Origin: Candidatus Heimdallarchaeota archaeon
GTDB taxonomy: Archaea > Asgardarchaeota > Heimdallarchaeia > Heimdallarchaeales > Kariarchaeaceae
DNA length: 47,146 nt
NCBI GenBank assembly: GCA_015523565.1
Contig: WAKA01000009.1
Location: forward strand, 1 to 47,146
Direction: 5' to 3'
The position numbers were made by a program, and so were the translations under genes. Within the stretch, counting starts at the first letter, position 1; each line of letters begins with the position of its first letter. This document shows, piece by piece, positions 39,230 through 47,146 of this stretch. The notes under the pieces are model-generated. The model saw nothing but the letters and a program-made list of their open reading frames with translations. It was not told the origin of the DNA and ran no database searches.

Positions 39230-40012
39230 ATGCCCAAGAAAAACCAACCAAATGACAAACCGAAAGAGAAAACCATCCAAGGAAAGCCAAAGGGCAAATC
39301 AAAAGAGAATGCCCAAAAGAAGACCAGCCAACGAAACCCTAAAGAAAACCCAAAAGAGAAAACCAACCAAGTAAAAAACATCAAAGACAAGTTGCACCCC
39401 CTCAAAAATGAAATGGACGCTTTGATTACCAAACTGTCACAATTACCTGAAGAACAACGTATCGACCTGCTTAACTATCTGAAACGAAAAATTGCAGAGG
39501 CAAGCCCTTTCTCTCACCATCCCGTTGATGTCGTCCAATGGATCCCCTCCGAAAAAGTGGTCGCAAACGACTACAACCCCAATAAGGTGGCTCCTCCTGA
39601 AATGAGGCTCCTTCATCTCTCCATCAAGGAAGACGGCTATACCCAACCAATTGTCGCATATTACGACAAGGAACTTGACCAATACGTCATTGTCGACGGA
39701 TTCCACAGAAACAGGGTCGGAAAGGAATATGAAGACATCAGGGCATCAGTCAAAAACCACCTGCCCATTGTCGTCATCAACAAGGACATAAAAGCAAGAA
39801 TGGCCTCAACAATTCGTCACAACAGGGCAAGAGGAACTCATCAGATCCAGTCAATGAGCCAAGTCGTTGCAGAGCTCCACCTTAAGGGATGGTCAGACAA
39901 GAAAATCGCAGAACAGCTCGGGATGGACAAGGATGAAGTTCTCAAACTCAAGCAATTCGCAGGACTTGGAGACCTGTTCAAAAACCGAGAATTCTCAAAA
40001 GCGTGGGTGTGA
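39230..40012 (+). CDS. IbrB/YbdM-like ParB/Srx-domain protein
   Basis: ANDYNPNKVAPPEM.LL..SI.EDGYTQPIV, IVDGFHR, RMASTIRHNRARG.H, HTH GWSDKKIAEQLGM. Confidence 0.92.
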   Translation: MPKKNQPNDKPKEKTIQGKPKGKSKENAQKKTSQRNPKENPKEKTNQVKNIKDKLHPLKNEMDALITKLSQLPEEQRIDLLNYLKRKIAEASPFSHHPVDVVQWIPSEKVVANDYNPNKVAPPEMRLLHLSIKEDGYTQPIVAYYDKELDQYVIVDGFHRNRVGKEYEDIRASVKNHLPIVVINKDIKARMASTIRHNRARGTHQIQSMSQVVAELHLKGWSDKKIAEQLGMDKDEVLKLKQFAGLGDLFKNREFSKAWV

Positions 40013-40205
40013 TCATTTCTCTCCTCCAATTGCTCTTTCCACCCGTTTTTCCATTCACCATTTGTCTTCCCCGTTCTTTTTTGTCTGCACTAAATTTTAT
40101 TTTTGTACGCAAATTGCCTCCCCATCCCTCCACTTAATCTCCTATCTCCAAAATTCCTGTAAACTTTCCGAAATTTTTATTAGTGTCCAAATGATAAATA
40201 AAATT

Positions 40206-40236
40206 GCAGCCATCTGATACTTTTTTAGGTGGCTGC
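40206..40236 (+). terminator. 12-bp stem-loop in the convergent intergenic region (terminator or small-RNA element)
   Basis: GCAGCCATCTGA-tactttt-TTAGGTGGCTGC with two G-U pairs. Confidence 0.35.
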
Positions 40237-40493
40237 CTCCCTCCCCCCATATAAAAGTCATGATTATTTTTCCCTCCATACACGTAACTTTCACCCCCTT
40301 ACTCAATTTCCTTGGGGGAAATTGTTTTTCAAATCACTGGTTTTTTCAAAACCCAATCGTATCCATTGATCCTATTTTTTACTGACTGAATACATCATTT
40401 CATGTTTTCTCTTCTATTGCACTTGAAAATATCAAAAATTTCTAACAGTTTTTCTAATTCGATTTTTGATTTCCCCCCGACCATTCCAAAATT

Positions 40494-43400
40494 TTACGGA
40501 TTTGGTAGTGTTATTATATCATCCTTAACCAAAATTTTCCTGTTTGTCTCCATTTCATTCATTAACTCCTCGTAATATTGCCTGGTTTTTGGTGATAACT
40601 TGACCCCAAATATCTGTGAAGAATGTTTAATAAGTTCCTTTCTAGAAATCATCCCACCAACAGTATCTATAATAATGAGAATTGATTTTTTCACCTCTTC
40701 TGGAAACACCTCTGTGATGTTTTCATAAACATGCTCTGCAAAACGAACTTTTCCATCCCATTTCCCATAAAAATCACTGTATCCGCTTATGCTTGCCAAA
40801 TAACTTGTCAATGTTCCTAAAAATCGTTTTGTTTTGCGTTTGATATCGAATATTTCCATCATCCGTTTCATTATTACGTTCCTATGGATTGGCTGTTCAA
40901 TTGAAATGATCTTTCTTATTATATCTTTCACAAACATCTGTCTCTCAAAAAAAAGGTCTCGATGGTATTTCATATTTGATTGGAACCGCTGATATGTTTG
41001 CAGTCTCCCCATTTCAAAAAGTATCGTTCGCAAACTCTTTTGTGGTTTTTGATCTCGTGTTTTTTCAATAAATTTCAAGATTTTATCATTATTCTGCCCT
41101 ATATTGTTTGGAACTTTGTCCTCTTTTTTTGACCCTGCTTTCTCTATAAAATCCACCAGCTTTTTCAGAGTTTCTTCCTTTGATGTAAACCAATCTGTTG
41201 ACCAAAGATGATACATGTTCCAACCCAAGCTTTCTAGAAATGACGGTCGTATCTTGTCCCTGTCCCTTGGAAACCTTGAATTAAGGTACGATGGATCATC
41301 ACACTCAATTCCGACAATGTATTTGTCTGGTTGTTTTTTATTTACAATTGCAATATGTACTCTATACGCCGCATTTCCGACATAGGTCTCCACTTCATAT
41401 CCCATCTTTTGAAGGCGGCTTGCCATATTGCTGACAAACTTGCTTTTTTGAATCTCGATCATAAACCCTTCTGGCTTAAGCATTGACATATTTCCTGTTT
41501 TGGCGAATTTCATGTAAGTAATTAGCTGTTTCAATCCCTTACTGCTACTTGAACTGTCATCTATCCCCAAGGGATCAAATGAGGCAAATATCCTATTATG
41601 GTATCTTGCACGGGTGATTGCAACATTCAACCGCCTTTCTCCCCCTTTCCGATTAATGGGTCCAAAATTCAATGACATCTTCCCATCTCTGTCTGGTCCA
41701 TAGCCGACTGAAAGAAAAATGAAATCTCTTTCATCTCCCTGCATGTTCTCTAAACTTTTGATTATGATCTCCTCCTCATTCTCTTCCATTAAAGAAAAAT
41801 AGTATTCCTGCAATTCCCCTTCTTCTTCCAATCTTGTATCAAATAAGTCCTGGATTAATTCCGTTTGCGGCAAATTGAATGCAATGACTCCCAACGAATA
41901 ATATTCCCCCTTCTCCTTGCAAGATTTCAGATGGGCTATCATGTGATCCACAACTATTTCTGCTTCCTTATGGTTTACCCTCTTTCCACCCTTGTCATAA
42001 ATCCCATCAACATAGATAAAACGCAATGAGGGTTCATTCCTGCCTTTCCCTTCTCTATAAGGGTCAGGAAATGTCACCAATTGGCTGTCATAATAATGAT
42101 AATTCGAAAATGTAATCAAATTCTCCCTACGTGACCTATAATGCCATTTAAGCATTGTTTCTGGAATCCCTGCCCCCAAGAATTCCTCTAGAATGCTCTC
42201 ATAGTGGTAGTATTCCTCATCTTCTTCTTCATCATTGTCCCTCATTGTTCGAAAGAATGACGTGGGTGGCATCTGCTTTTCGTCCCCCACCATAATTACC
42301 TGTTTTCCACGGGTAATGGCTCCAATCGCATCCTCTGGCGTCACTTGTGATGCCTCATCAAAAATGACCACATCAAAGAATGAGTTGAATTCATTGCAAG
42401 GCAGATATGTCGCAATAGATAATGGGCTCATGAGAAAACATGGGGTCAGACTTGTAATGTAATTCTTGCAAAGGGAAAAAATTTCCCGCAACGGACGTAT
42501 CCGTCTTTTCTTCAATGTTTCCCTTCTCAAGATTGATTGTTCACTGGTCTTGACTAAATTCATCATCTCTCTTTTCTTCTCTTTTCTCTCCAGCCTGTCA
42601 AGTATTATGCGAACTTGATTCATCCTTATCGTCTTCTGATCTCCCTCTCTCATCCACTTAATGAACATATCTTGCTTGTTTGGCACCATTTCCTGAAGGA
42701 TCTCATCACTTTGGATAATCGACGATATGACATCTTCAAAAACCCTTTTCTTAATGATGGGCTCTAAATTCTCATTCTTTGGTGAATACGTTTCGAAACT
42801 GGAGCCGAAATAATCTGAAAGCAACCATTTCGCCTTAAAATGCTTTACCGTATCCATGAAAAAAGACTTCTGATTCAATGCCTCACTCAACAACTCATGG
42901 TAGTCTTTGTTCAGTATGGTTTCAACCCTTCTACGTTTCATCAAAACTACATGCTCCTGGAACTCCCTCAAACTCTGTTTTGTCATTTCAATCTCCTGCA
43001 TCAGTTCTTGACCATTCCGTACGAACCTTTCCATCTCCTTGACAAATTCCTCAACATCATTCAATGCAATTTCCCTTGAAATCGGAAAATAGCCCTCCAA
43101 TTCATTGAACAATGCATCCATCTCTTGATACAGGTTTAAGTAGCTTTCAAACAGGTTCGACAGTTTCCCAACCCTGTCGAAAAAACTAGGCAATCCCCTC
43201 TCTTCCTGAATCCTATACGGTATCCCGATCTTTTCCAAGGAAATGCCTCCCTCTATCCGTTTCAACACCCTTTTTGCCTTTTCCTCGAACTCTGGTTGAA
43301 GAAAATTCAATTCCAGTTTTTCAATCCCCAATCTTTCCATCTCATTCTTCAATTTACTAAACACATTCCTCTCAGGAAATACCCTGCGCATATATCTCCA

Positions 43401-45386
43401 ATGACGATAATATGCAGGTTTGAAAAAACGGCTTATCCCTTGGTACTTCTCCTCGTTTTCAATAATCTGGGTGATGTCCGCAACTAATTGCTCTGGCTTA
43501 AATGGATTGTCCCTGATAAATTCCAATACCAATTGTGCTGTTTCAACCCTTTTATCCCTCAATTTTTCAACTAAGGGCAAAATCTCACGTAAATCCCCCT
43601 GAATGGTTTTGAGCTCTTCCAATAATTGATGATAGTCACCTAGCCTCTCCAAGGAAACAACTGGGAAATCATATGAAACCTCATTTTTGATGCTCCCTCT
43701 TATCCCCTCCATTTTCCCATGGATTGTGCAGATTCTATCACTCACAACAATCTTTCTTGGCATCTGCCCCACATCAAAGGCAACCCCGTATTCCCGTTTG
43801 AATGCATCAATTGAATTGAGTGTATGCCCCAACCTTTGAAAAAGTGCCTCTAGGCTCTTTACAATTGCCTTTGCATCCATCTCCCTAAAATACTTGATAC
43901 CCAAATCCTTGAACAAATTTTCCTGATCGTTCACATATCCTGTGCTGGAATAATCCCTTGCCGCCGCAAAAATCGACATCATCTCGGTTTTGCTCCTCGG
44001 AACCCGCAAAACCCTTAATTCAAAGTCATCATAGTGCTCCAATTCAGAATACATCCCGATCATGTCATACAATGTCCAATCATCAATCATTCCCCGACGA
44101 CCAATTCTTTCCAGATATGCCTCCATTTTTTGCATGGTTCTGTCCAATGCCCGATAAATGTCATCACTGATCGGTGGATGGTTCACAGCAAGCCGCTCCA
44201 CACGCGCTAAAGTATCCAAGACCTCCTTCTTGTTCGACAAATGGGAATGCAACTCAAGACAAAAATGCCCCAAATTCACCTGATCCAACCTTGACTTTAC
44301 AACTTTCAATGCGGCCATCTTTTGAGACACAAACAGAACACGCTTGTCCCTGGCAATGAACTCTGCAATGATGTTTGCAATTGTCTGGCTCTTCCCAGTT
44401 CCCGGCGGTCCGCGAATCACCATTGATTTTCCTTCCAACGCATTGTGAATGGCAATCATCTGGGATGAATCGGCATCCAGCACTATATGCCGACTGTATG
44501 ACGGCATTCTCACAAGATCCCCCTCAAAGATTTTCTGCAGGACTATAGGTTCCTTCTCAATCATTGCCAACCTGCGGACAATCGGATGGTTGGCAAACAC
44601 ATCCAACTCATCCATTTCCTTGTATAGAGATATTCTACTGAAACTGAAAAGATCCAAAAAAACCTTGTCCATGATCTCCCATTCCCCCATGCCCGGCGCT
44701 TTTTCCAGATGCGCCCTTATCTTCTCAACATAGCCACGGTAGGTGTCCCCCTCCATGAATGGCGGTAGCTTAACCCCATAGTCCAACTTCAATCTTTCCG
44801 ATAATGACTCATTGACCACAGTCTCATCCTCATCCTTTAGTCGCAAGGAATATTGCTGGTATGGACGATTGTACAGCAACTCAACTTGCACAAACACCAA
44901 CGGAGAGAAGTTTACCTTTCCCTTGTCTGGCTCTTTCCACTTGAGAAGACCAAATGCCAAATACATCACATGAATCCCGCGATCACGCAACATTGTTTGG
45001 TTTCTCGCATTCAATCTCTTCAATTGCCGCCTCAAATCTTCATCCATCTGGTTGGTGATCAACGAAAACGGTGGAAGATCACTTCTCAAAGCCTCAACCT
45101 TCTGCATGTGTTGTCGCTTGATGTGTTCCCTCCTTTCTTCCTCCTTCAACCCCTCTGTTTCCTCAGGAGTAGGGGAATAGACTGGAATGAACTTCATGCT
45201 CTCATCCGCAAGCATCTTTCCGAAAAGAATTTCCGCACTTGGAGCAACAATCTCCACCCTTCTCTTCCGCAACGGATTATAATAAATCTGGGGGTTTCTT
45301 CGACTCAAGTCAAGCAAACGGCGTTTCCAATCCCTAAGCTTTTTCAAAAGAACTTGGTAGTTGTCATCCCTCTCAAACATATTCAA
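40494..45386 (-). CDS. DUF4011 - SF1 (Upf1-like) helicase - Vsr-like nuclease - DUF3320-like protein (HheA-type architecture)
   Basis: WKRRLLDLSRRN; GPPGTGKSQT; FDEASQ; VGDEKQMPP; HYRS; QGDERD; RRLNVAITRA; GIECD..RDRD..LGW..WSTDW; IEQPIH. Confidence 0.9.
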   Translation of the reverse strand: MNMFERDDNYQVLLKKLRDWKRRLLDLSRRNPQIYYNPLRKRRVEIVAPSAEILFGKMLADESMKFIPVYSPTPEETEGLKEEERREHIKRQHMQKVEALRSDLPPFSLITNQMDEDLRRQLKRLNARNQTMLRDRGIHVMYLAFGLLKWKEPDKGKVNFSPLVFVQVELLYNRPYQQYSLRLKDEDETVVNESLSERLKLDYGVKLPPFMEGDTYRGYVEKIRAHLEKAPGMGEWEIMDKVFLDLFSFSRISLYKEMDELDVFANHPIVRRLAMIEKEPIVLQKIFEGDLVRMPSYSRHIVLDADSSQMIAIHNALEGKSMVIRGPPGTGKSQTIANIIAEFIARDKRVLFVSQKMAALKVVKSRLDQVNLGHFCLELHSHLSNKKEVLDTLARVERLAVNHPPISDDIYRALDRTMQKMEAYLERIGRRGMIDDWTLYDMIGMYSELEHYDDFELRVLRVPRSKTEMMSIFAAARDYSSTGYVNDQENLFKDLGIKYFREMDAKAIVKSLEALFQRLGHTLNSIDAFKREYGVAFDVGQMPRKIVVSDRICTIHGKMEGIRGSIKNEVSYDFPVVSLERLGDYHQLLEELKTIQGDLREILPLVEKLRDKRVETAQLVLEFIRDNPFKPEQLVADITQIIENEEKYQGISRFFKPAYYRHWRYMRRVFPERNVFSKLKNEMERLGIEKLELNFLQPEFEEKAKRVLKRIEGGISLEKIGIPYRIQEERGLPSFFDRVGKLSNLFESYLNLYQEMDALFNELEGYFPISREIALNDVEEFVKEMERFVRNGQELMQEIEMTKQSLREFQEHVVLMKRRRVETILNKDYHELLSEALNQKSFFMDTVKHFKAKWLLSDYFGSSFETYSPKNENLEPIIKKRVFEDVISSIIQSDEILQEMVPNKQDMFIKWMREGDQKTIRMNQVRIILDRLERKEKKREMMNLVKTSEQSILRRETLKKRRIRPLREIFSLCKNYITSLTPCFLMSPLSIATYLPCNEFNSFFDVVIFDEASQVTPEDAIGAITRGKQVIMVGDEKQMPPTSFFRTMRDNDEEEDEEYYHYESILEEFLGAGIPETMLKWHYRSRRENLITFSNYHYYDSQLVTFPDPYREGKGRNEPSLRFIYVDGIYDKGGKRVNHKEAEIVVDHMIAHLKSCKEKGEYYSLGVIAFNLPQTELIQDLFDTRLEEEGELQEYYFSLMEENEEEIIIKSLENMQGDERDFIFLSVGYGPDRDGKMSLNFGPINRKGGERRLNVAITRARYHNRIFASFDPLGIDDSSSSSKGLKQLITYMKFAKTGNMSMLKPEGFMIEIQKSKFVSNMASRLQKMGYEVETYVGNAAYRVHIAIVNKKQPDKYIVGIECDDPSYLNSRFPRDRDKIRPSFLESLGWNMYHLWSTDWFTSKEETLKKLVDFIEKAGSKKEDKVPNNIGQNNDKILKFIEKTRDQKPQKSLRTILFEMGRLQTYQRFQSNMKYHRDLFFERQMFVKDIIRKIISIEQPIHRNVIMKRMMEIFDIKRKTKRFLGTLTSYLASISGYSDFYGKWDGKVRFAEHVYENITEVFPEEVKKSILIIIDTVGGMISRKELIKHSSQIFGVKLSPKTRQYYEELMNEMETNRKILVKDDIITLPNP

Positions 45387-45493
45387 TAGCTAAACTTGTT
45401 CTTCCACAATTAAAAAGTTAGTGCATGCCATCCCTTCTTGGAATGTCCCTCCTTTTGGAAAGGTTAATATGTACCCTGTCCAATGCGCTACAA

Positions 45494-45976
45494 ATGGTAA
45501 ACATAAGACTCTTCAAAACCAGCGACACGGACGATGTAATCAGGGTGGCAAGGAAGGCTTGGTTCCATACCTATAAGGACATCTTCTCCAAAGAGAAAAT
45601 TGAAGAGCTTCTCTCAATCTTCTATGACCCAATTCATCTCGTTGAAGGAAACACCCTGAAGCATTCCTTCTGGGTAGCAGAAACAGATGGGAAAATCATT
45701 GGCTATGTCACCATTGGTCTGGAAAACGGGGAAATGAAACTGTTCAGGATATACTTGGATCCCGATTACATTGGAATGGGCATCGGCTCAAAACTCCTGC
45801 AAACCGCAGAGACATTCATGAGACAACATGGAATAACCAAATACTACCTTGAGGTGCATCCCAAAAACACTCTTGGACTTTCCTTCTACAAACGGAAAGG
45901 ATTTGTCCAGTCAAGCAGGCAACCCACCGACTGTTCCTCCGAATGTGAACTGGTGCTTGAAAAAACGCTGGATTAA
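45494..45976 (+). CDS. GNAT acetyltransferase
   Basis: Likely start MVNIR at 45494; AWFHTY; IYLDPDYIGMGIGSKLL; N..GLSFYKRKGF. Confidence 0.88.
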   Translation: MVNIRLFKTSDTDDVIRVARKAWFHTYKDIFSKEKIEELLSIFYDPIHLVEGNTLKHSFWVAETDGKIIGYVTIGLENGEMKLFRIYLDPDYIGMGIGSKLLQTAETFMRQHGITKYYLEVHPKNTLGLSFYKRKGFVQSSRQPTDCSSECELVLEKTLD

Positions 45977-46087
45977 TCATCACCCCATTCCCAAATCCCT
46001 TTACATGAACTCCTTTGTATTCCTTCAATAATCAACGATCTGCAAAGCATTTTTATTGCGAAAACTCCTTATTTTCCTTATGGGATT

Positions 46088-46306
46088 GTGGAGTCTTATT
46101 GTACAGTTCACAAAGGCAACTGGTGTTTTTGCCATTGCCGGAAAATCCGCAAATTTTGTAAAAGGCATTCCCCATTTATCAAGGGGCAGGAGATCCAATC
46201 TGGAACCAAAAGATATGTAGAAAGGGCTGAATATATGCGAAAACTTTCCGAAGATTTCCATGGGGCGACCAAATCAACGTTCAACAAAATGGGGAAAAAG
46301 AAATGA
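46088..46306 (+). CDS. Small hypothetical protein, Cys/His-rich N-terminus; start uncertain
   Basis: ATGA overlap with the next ORF; no recognisable family. Confidence 0.3.
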   Translation: MESYCTVHKGNWCFCHCRKIRKFCKRHSPFIKGQEIQSGTKRYVERAEYMRKLSEDFHGATKSTFNKMGKKK

Positions 46307-46521
46307 CGAAGGAGAAGAAAAGCAAGATCAAGGAACGGATTGATGCCCAAAGCTTCGGTCTTGGATACAAAGACGCAATGGAAATGGAGAAAAAAAATCT
46401 CGAGAAAGTCAAAAAAGAATATGAGATTGCAAAGAAAATCAACAAGGAAACCAAGGAACTCATAGAAAGGATGAAGAGTTTTGCCAAAGCCAAGAAAAAA
46501 CTGAAGGGGAGAAGCCGATAA
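46303..46521 (+). CDS. Small basic helical hypothetical protein
   Basis: 72 aa, K/E-rich; overlaps both neighbours (ATGA, TAATG). Confidence 0.55.
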   Translation: MTKEKKSKIKERIDAQSFGLGYKDAMEMEKKNLEKVKKEYEIAKKINKETKELIERMKSFAKAKKKLKGRSR

Positions 46522-46985
46522 TGCGCAGGAAATTTGTGACTGACGAATACCGAAAAGGACAGGAAGCATTCAAGAATTCCAAAGAATATGAGGAAATACT
46601 CCAACAGATGGAAGACATGAACCTTGAAATGAACAACGAACTTGACGAAATCGAGGCGCTTATCCAAACTCTCTCAAAAGCAGAAAGGGAAGAGCTCATG
46701 AAAAGATTTGAAATGAAACAAGAGCCGAAACAAATGGAACAGAATACGAGGAAATTGATAAAAAAAGATACACTGACATGGTTATCACGCGCCCGCAGGA
46801 AATACGAAATCATCTTCTCAAATGTCACAATCGTTGAACATGACAAGTATGTGGAAATCGTCGCTGTAACCGACGACAACTCTGTCAGACAGATGAGAAT
46901 TAGGGGAAACAAGAATGAGGATCTCCTAAGGGAACAGCTTGCCGAACAGAACATCCGAAAGACCAAGAAGATCGTGAACCGTTAA
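46521..46985 (+). CDS. Hypothetical protein (coiled coil + small alpha/beta domain)
   Basis: 154 aa, TAATG-coupled, purine-rich coding-like composition. Confidence 0.6.
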   Translation: MRRKFVTDEYRKGQEAFKNSKEYEEILQQMEDMNLEMNNELDEIEALIQTLSKAEREELMKRFEMKQEPKQMEQNTRKLIKKDTLTWLSRARRKYEIIFSNVTIVEHDKYVEIVAVTDDNSVRQMRIRGNKNEDLLREQLAEQNIRKTKKIVNR

Positions 46986-47146
46986 TAATAAGTGGTCGAA
47001 AATCTAGCCAAACCTTTCCAAATGCGTTTTTTCAAACCAAACCATGTATATTGGAATTGGACAAGCAAGCAGACTATTAGGTGTCTCCGTCACAACAATG
47101 AGGAGGTGGGATAGAAGCAGGAAATTTTCTACAGACAGAAGGAAAC

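Noticed and set aside
1526-46966. Numerous short antisense or alternate-frame ORFs in the track (e.g. 2719..3135, 14257..14772, 35402..35770, 44853..45389, 46460..46966)
   Set aside because: Shadows of well-supported genes with no recognisable motifs
47098-47146. Possible ORF start or SD (ATGAGGAGGTG) at the window edge
   Set aside because: Too little sequence to determine frame or product
1-47146. tRNA, rRNA, transposase or integrase genes
   Set aside because: No cloverleaf, rRNA-like segment or DDE/tyrosine-recombinase motif recognised by eye

Overview
Archaeal chromosomal window, most likely Asgard (Heimdallarchaeia-like). This is inferred from archaeal EF-1alpha, uS7, uL16/L10e, G1P dehydrogenase and a PAC2 chaperone occurring together with a Rab-like GTPase, V4R domains and LRR-like/alpha-solenoid proteins. 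1-22 kb: FtsX/MacB-type ABC exporter, M28 peptidase, SlyD, two tandem-PRC-barrel paralogues, PAC2, AKR, hbd-mce-birA, egsA, a complete Liv-type importer whose binding protein closely resembles the Venus-flytrap domain of class C GPCRs, and a PLP aminotransferase. 22-35.6 kb: a dispersed translation cluster (tuf, S8 protease, rps7, rpl16), a TrmB protein with a very long coiled-coil insert, a helical orphan, an HTH-PRTase, and a thioredoxin-V4R-V4R / Rab-like GTPase / Pro-rich coiled-coil trio. 35.6-47.1 kb: accessory region with DinB, a 50-aa CxxC-x17-CxxC protein absent from the ORF track, an IbrA/IbrB (PAPS-reductase-like + ParB-like) pair, an Hhe-like DUF4011-helicase-Vsr protein with a degenerate nuclease site, a GNAT, and small overlapping orphan ORFs. 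I found no rRNA, tRNA, CRISPR array or transposase. All assignments come from motif recognition by eye; no searches were run.
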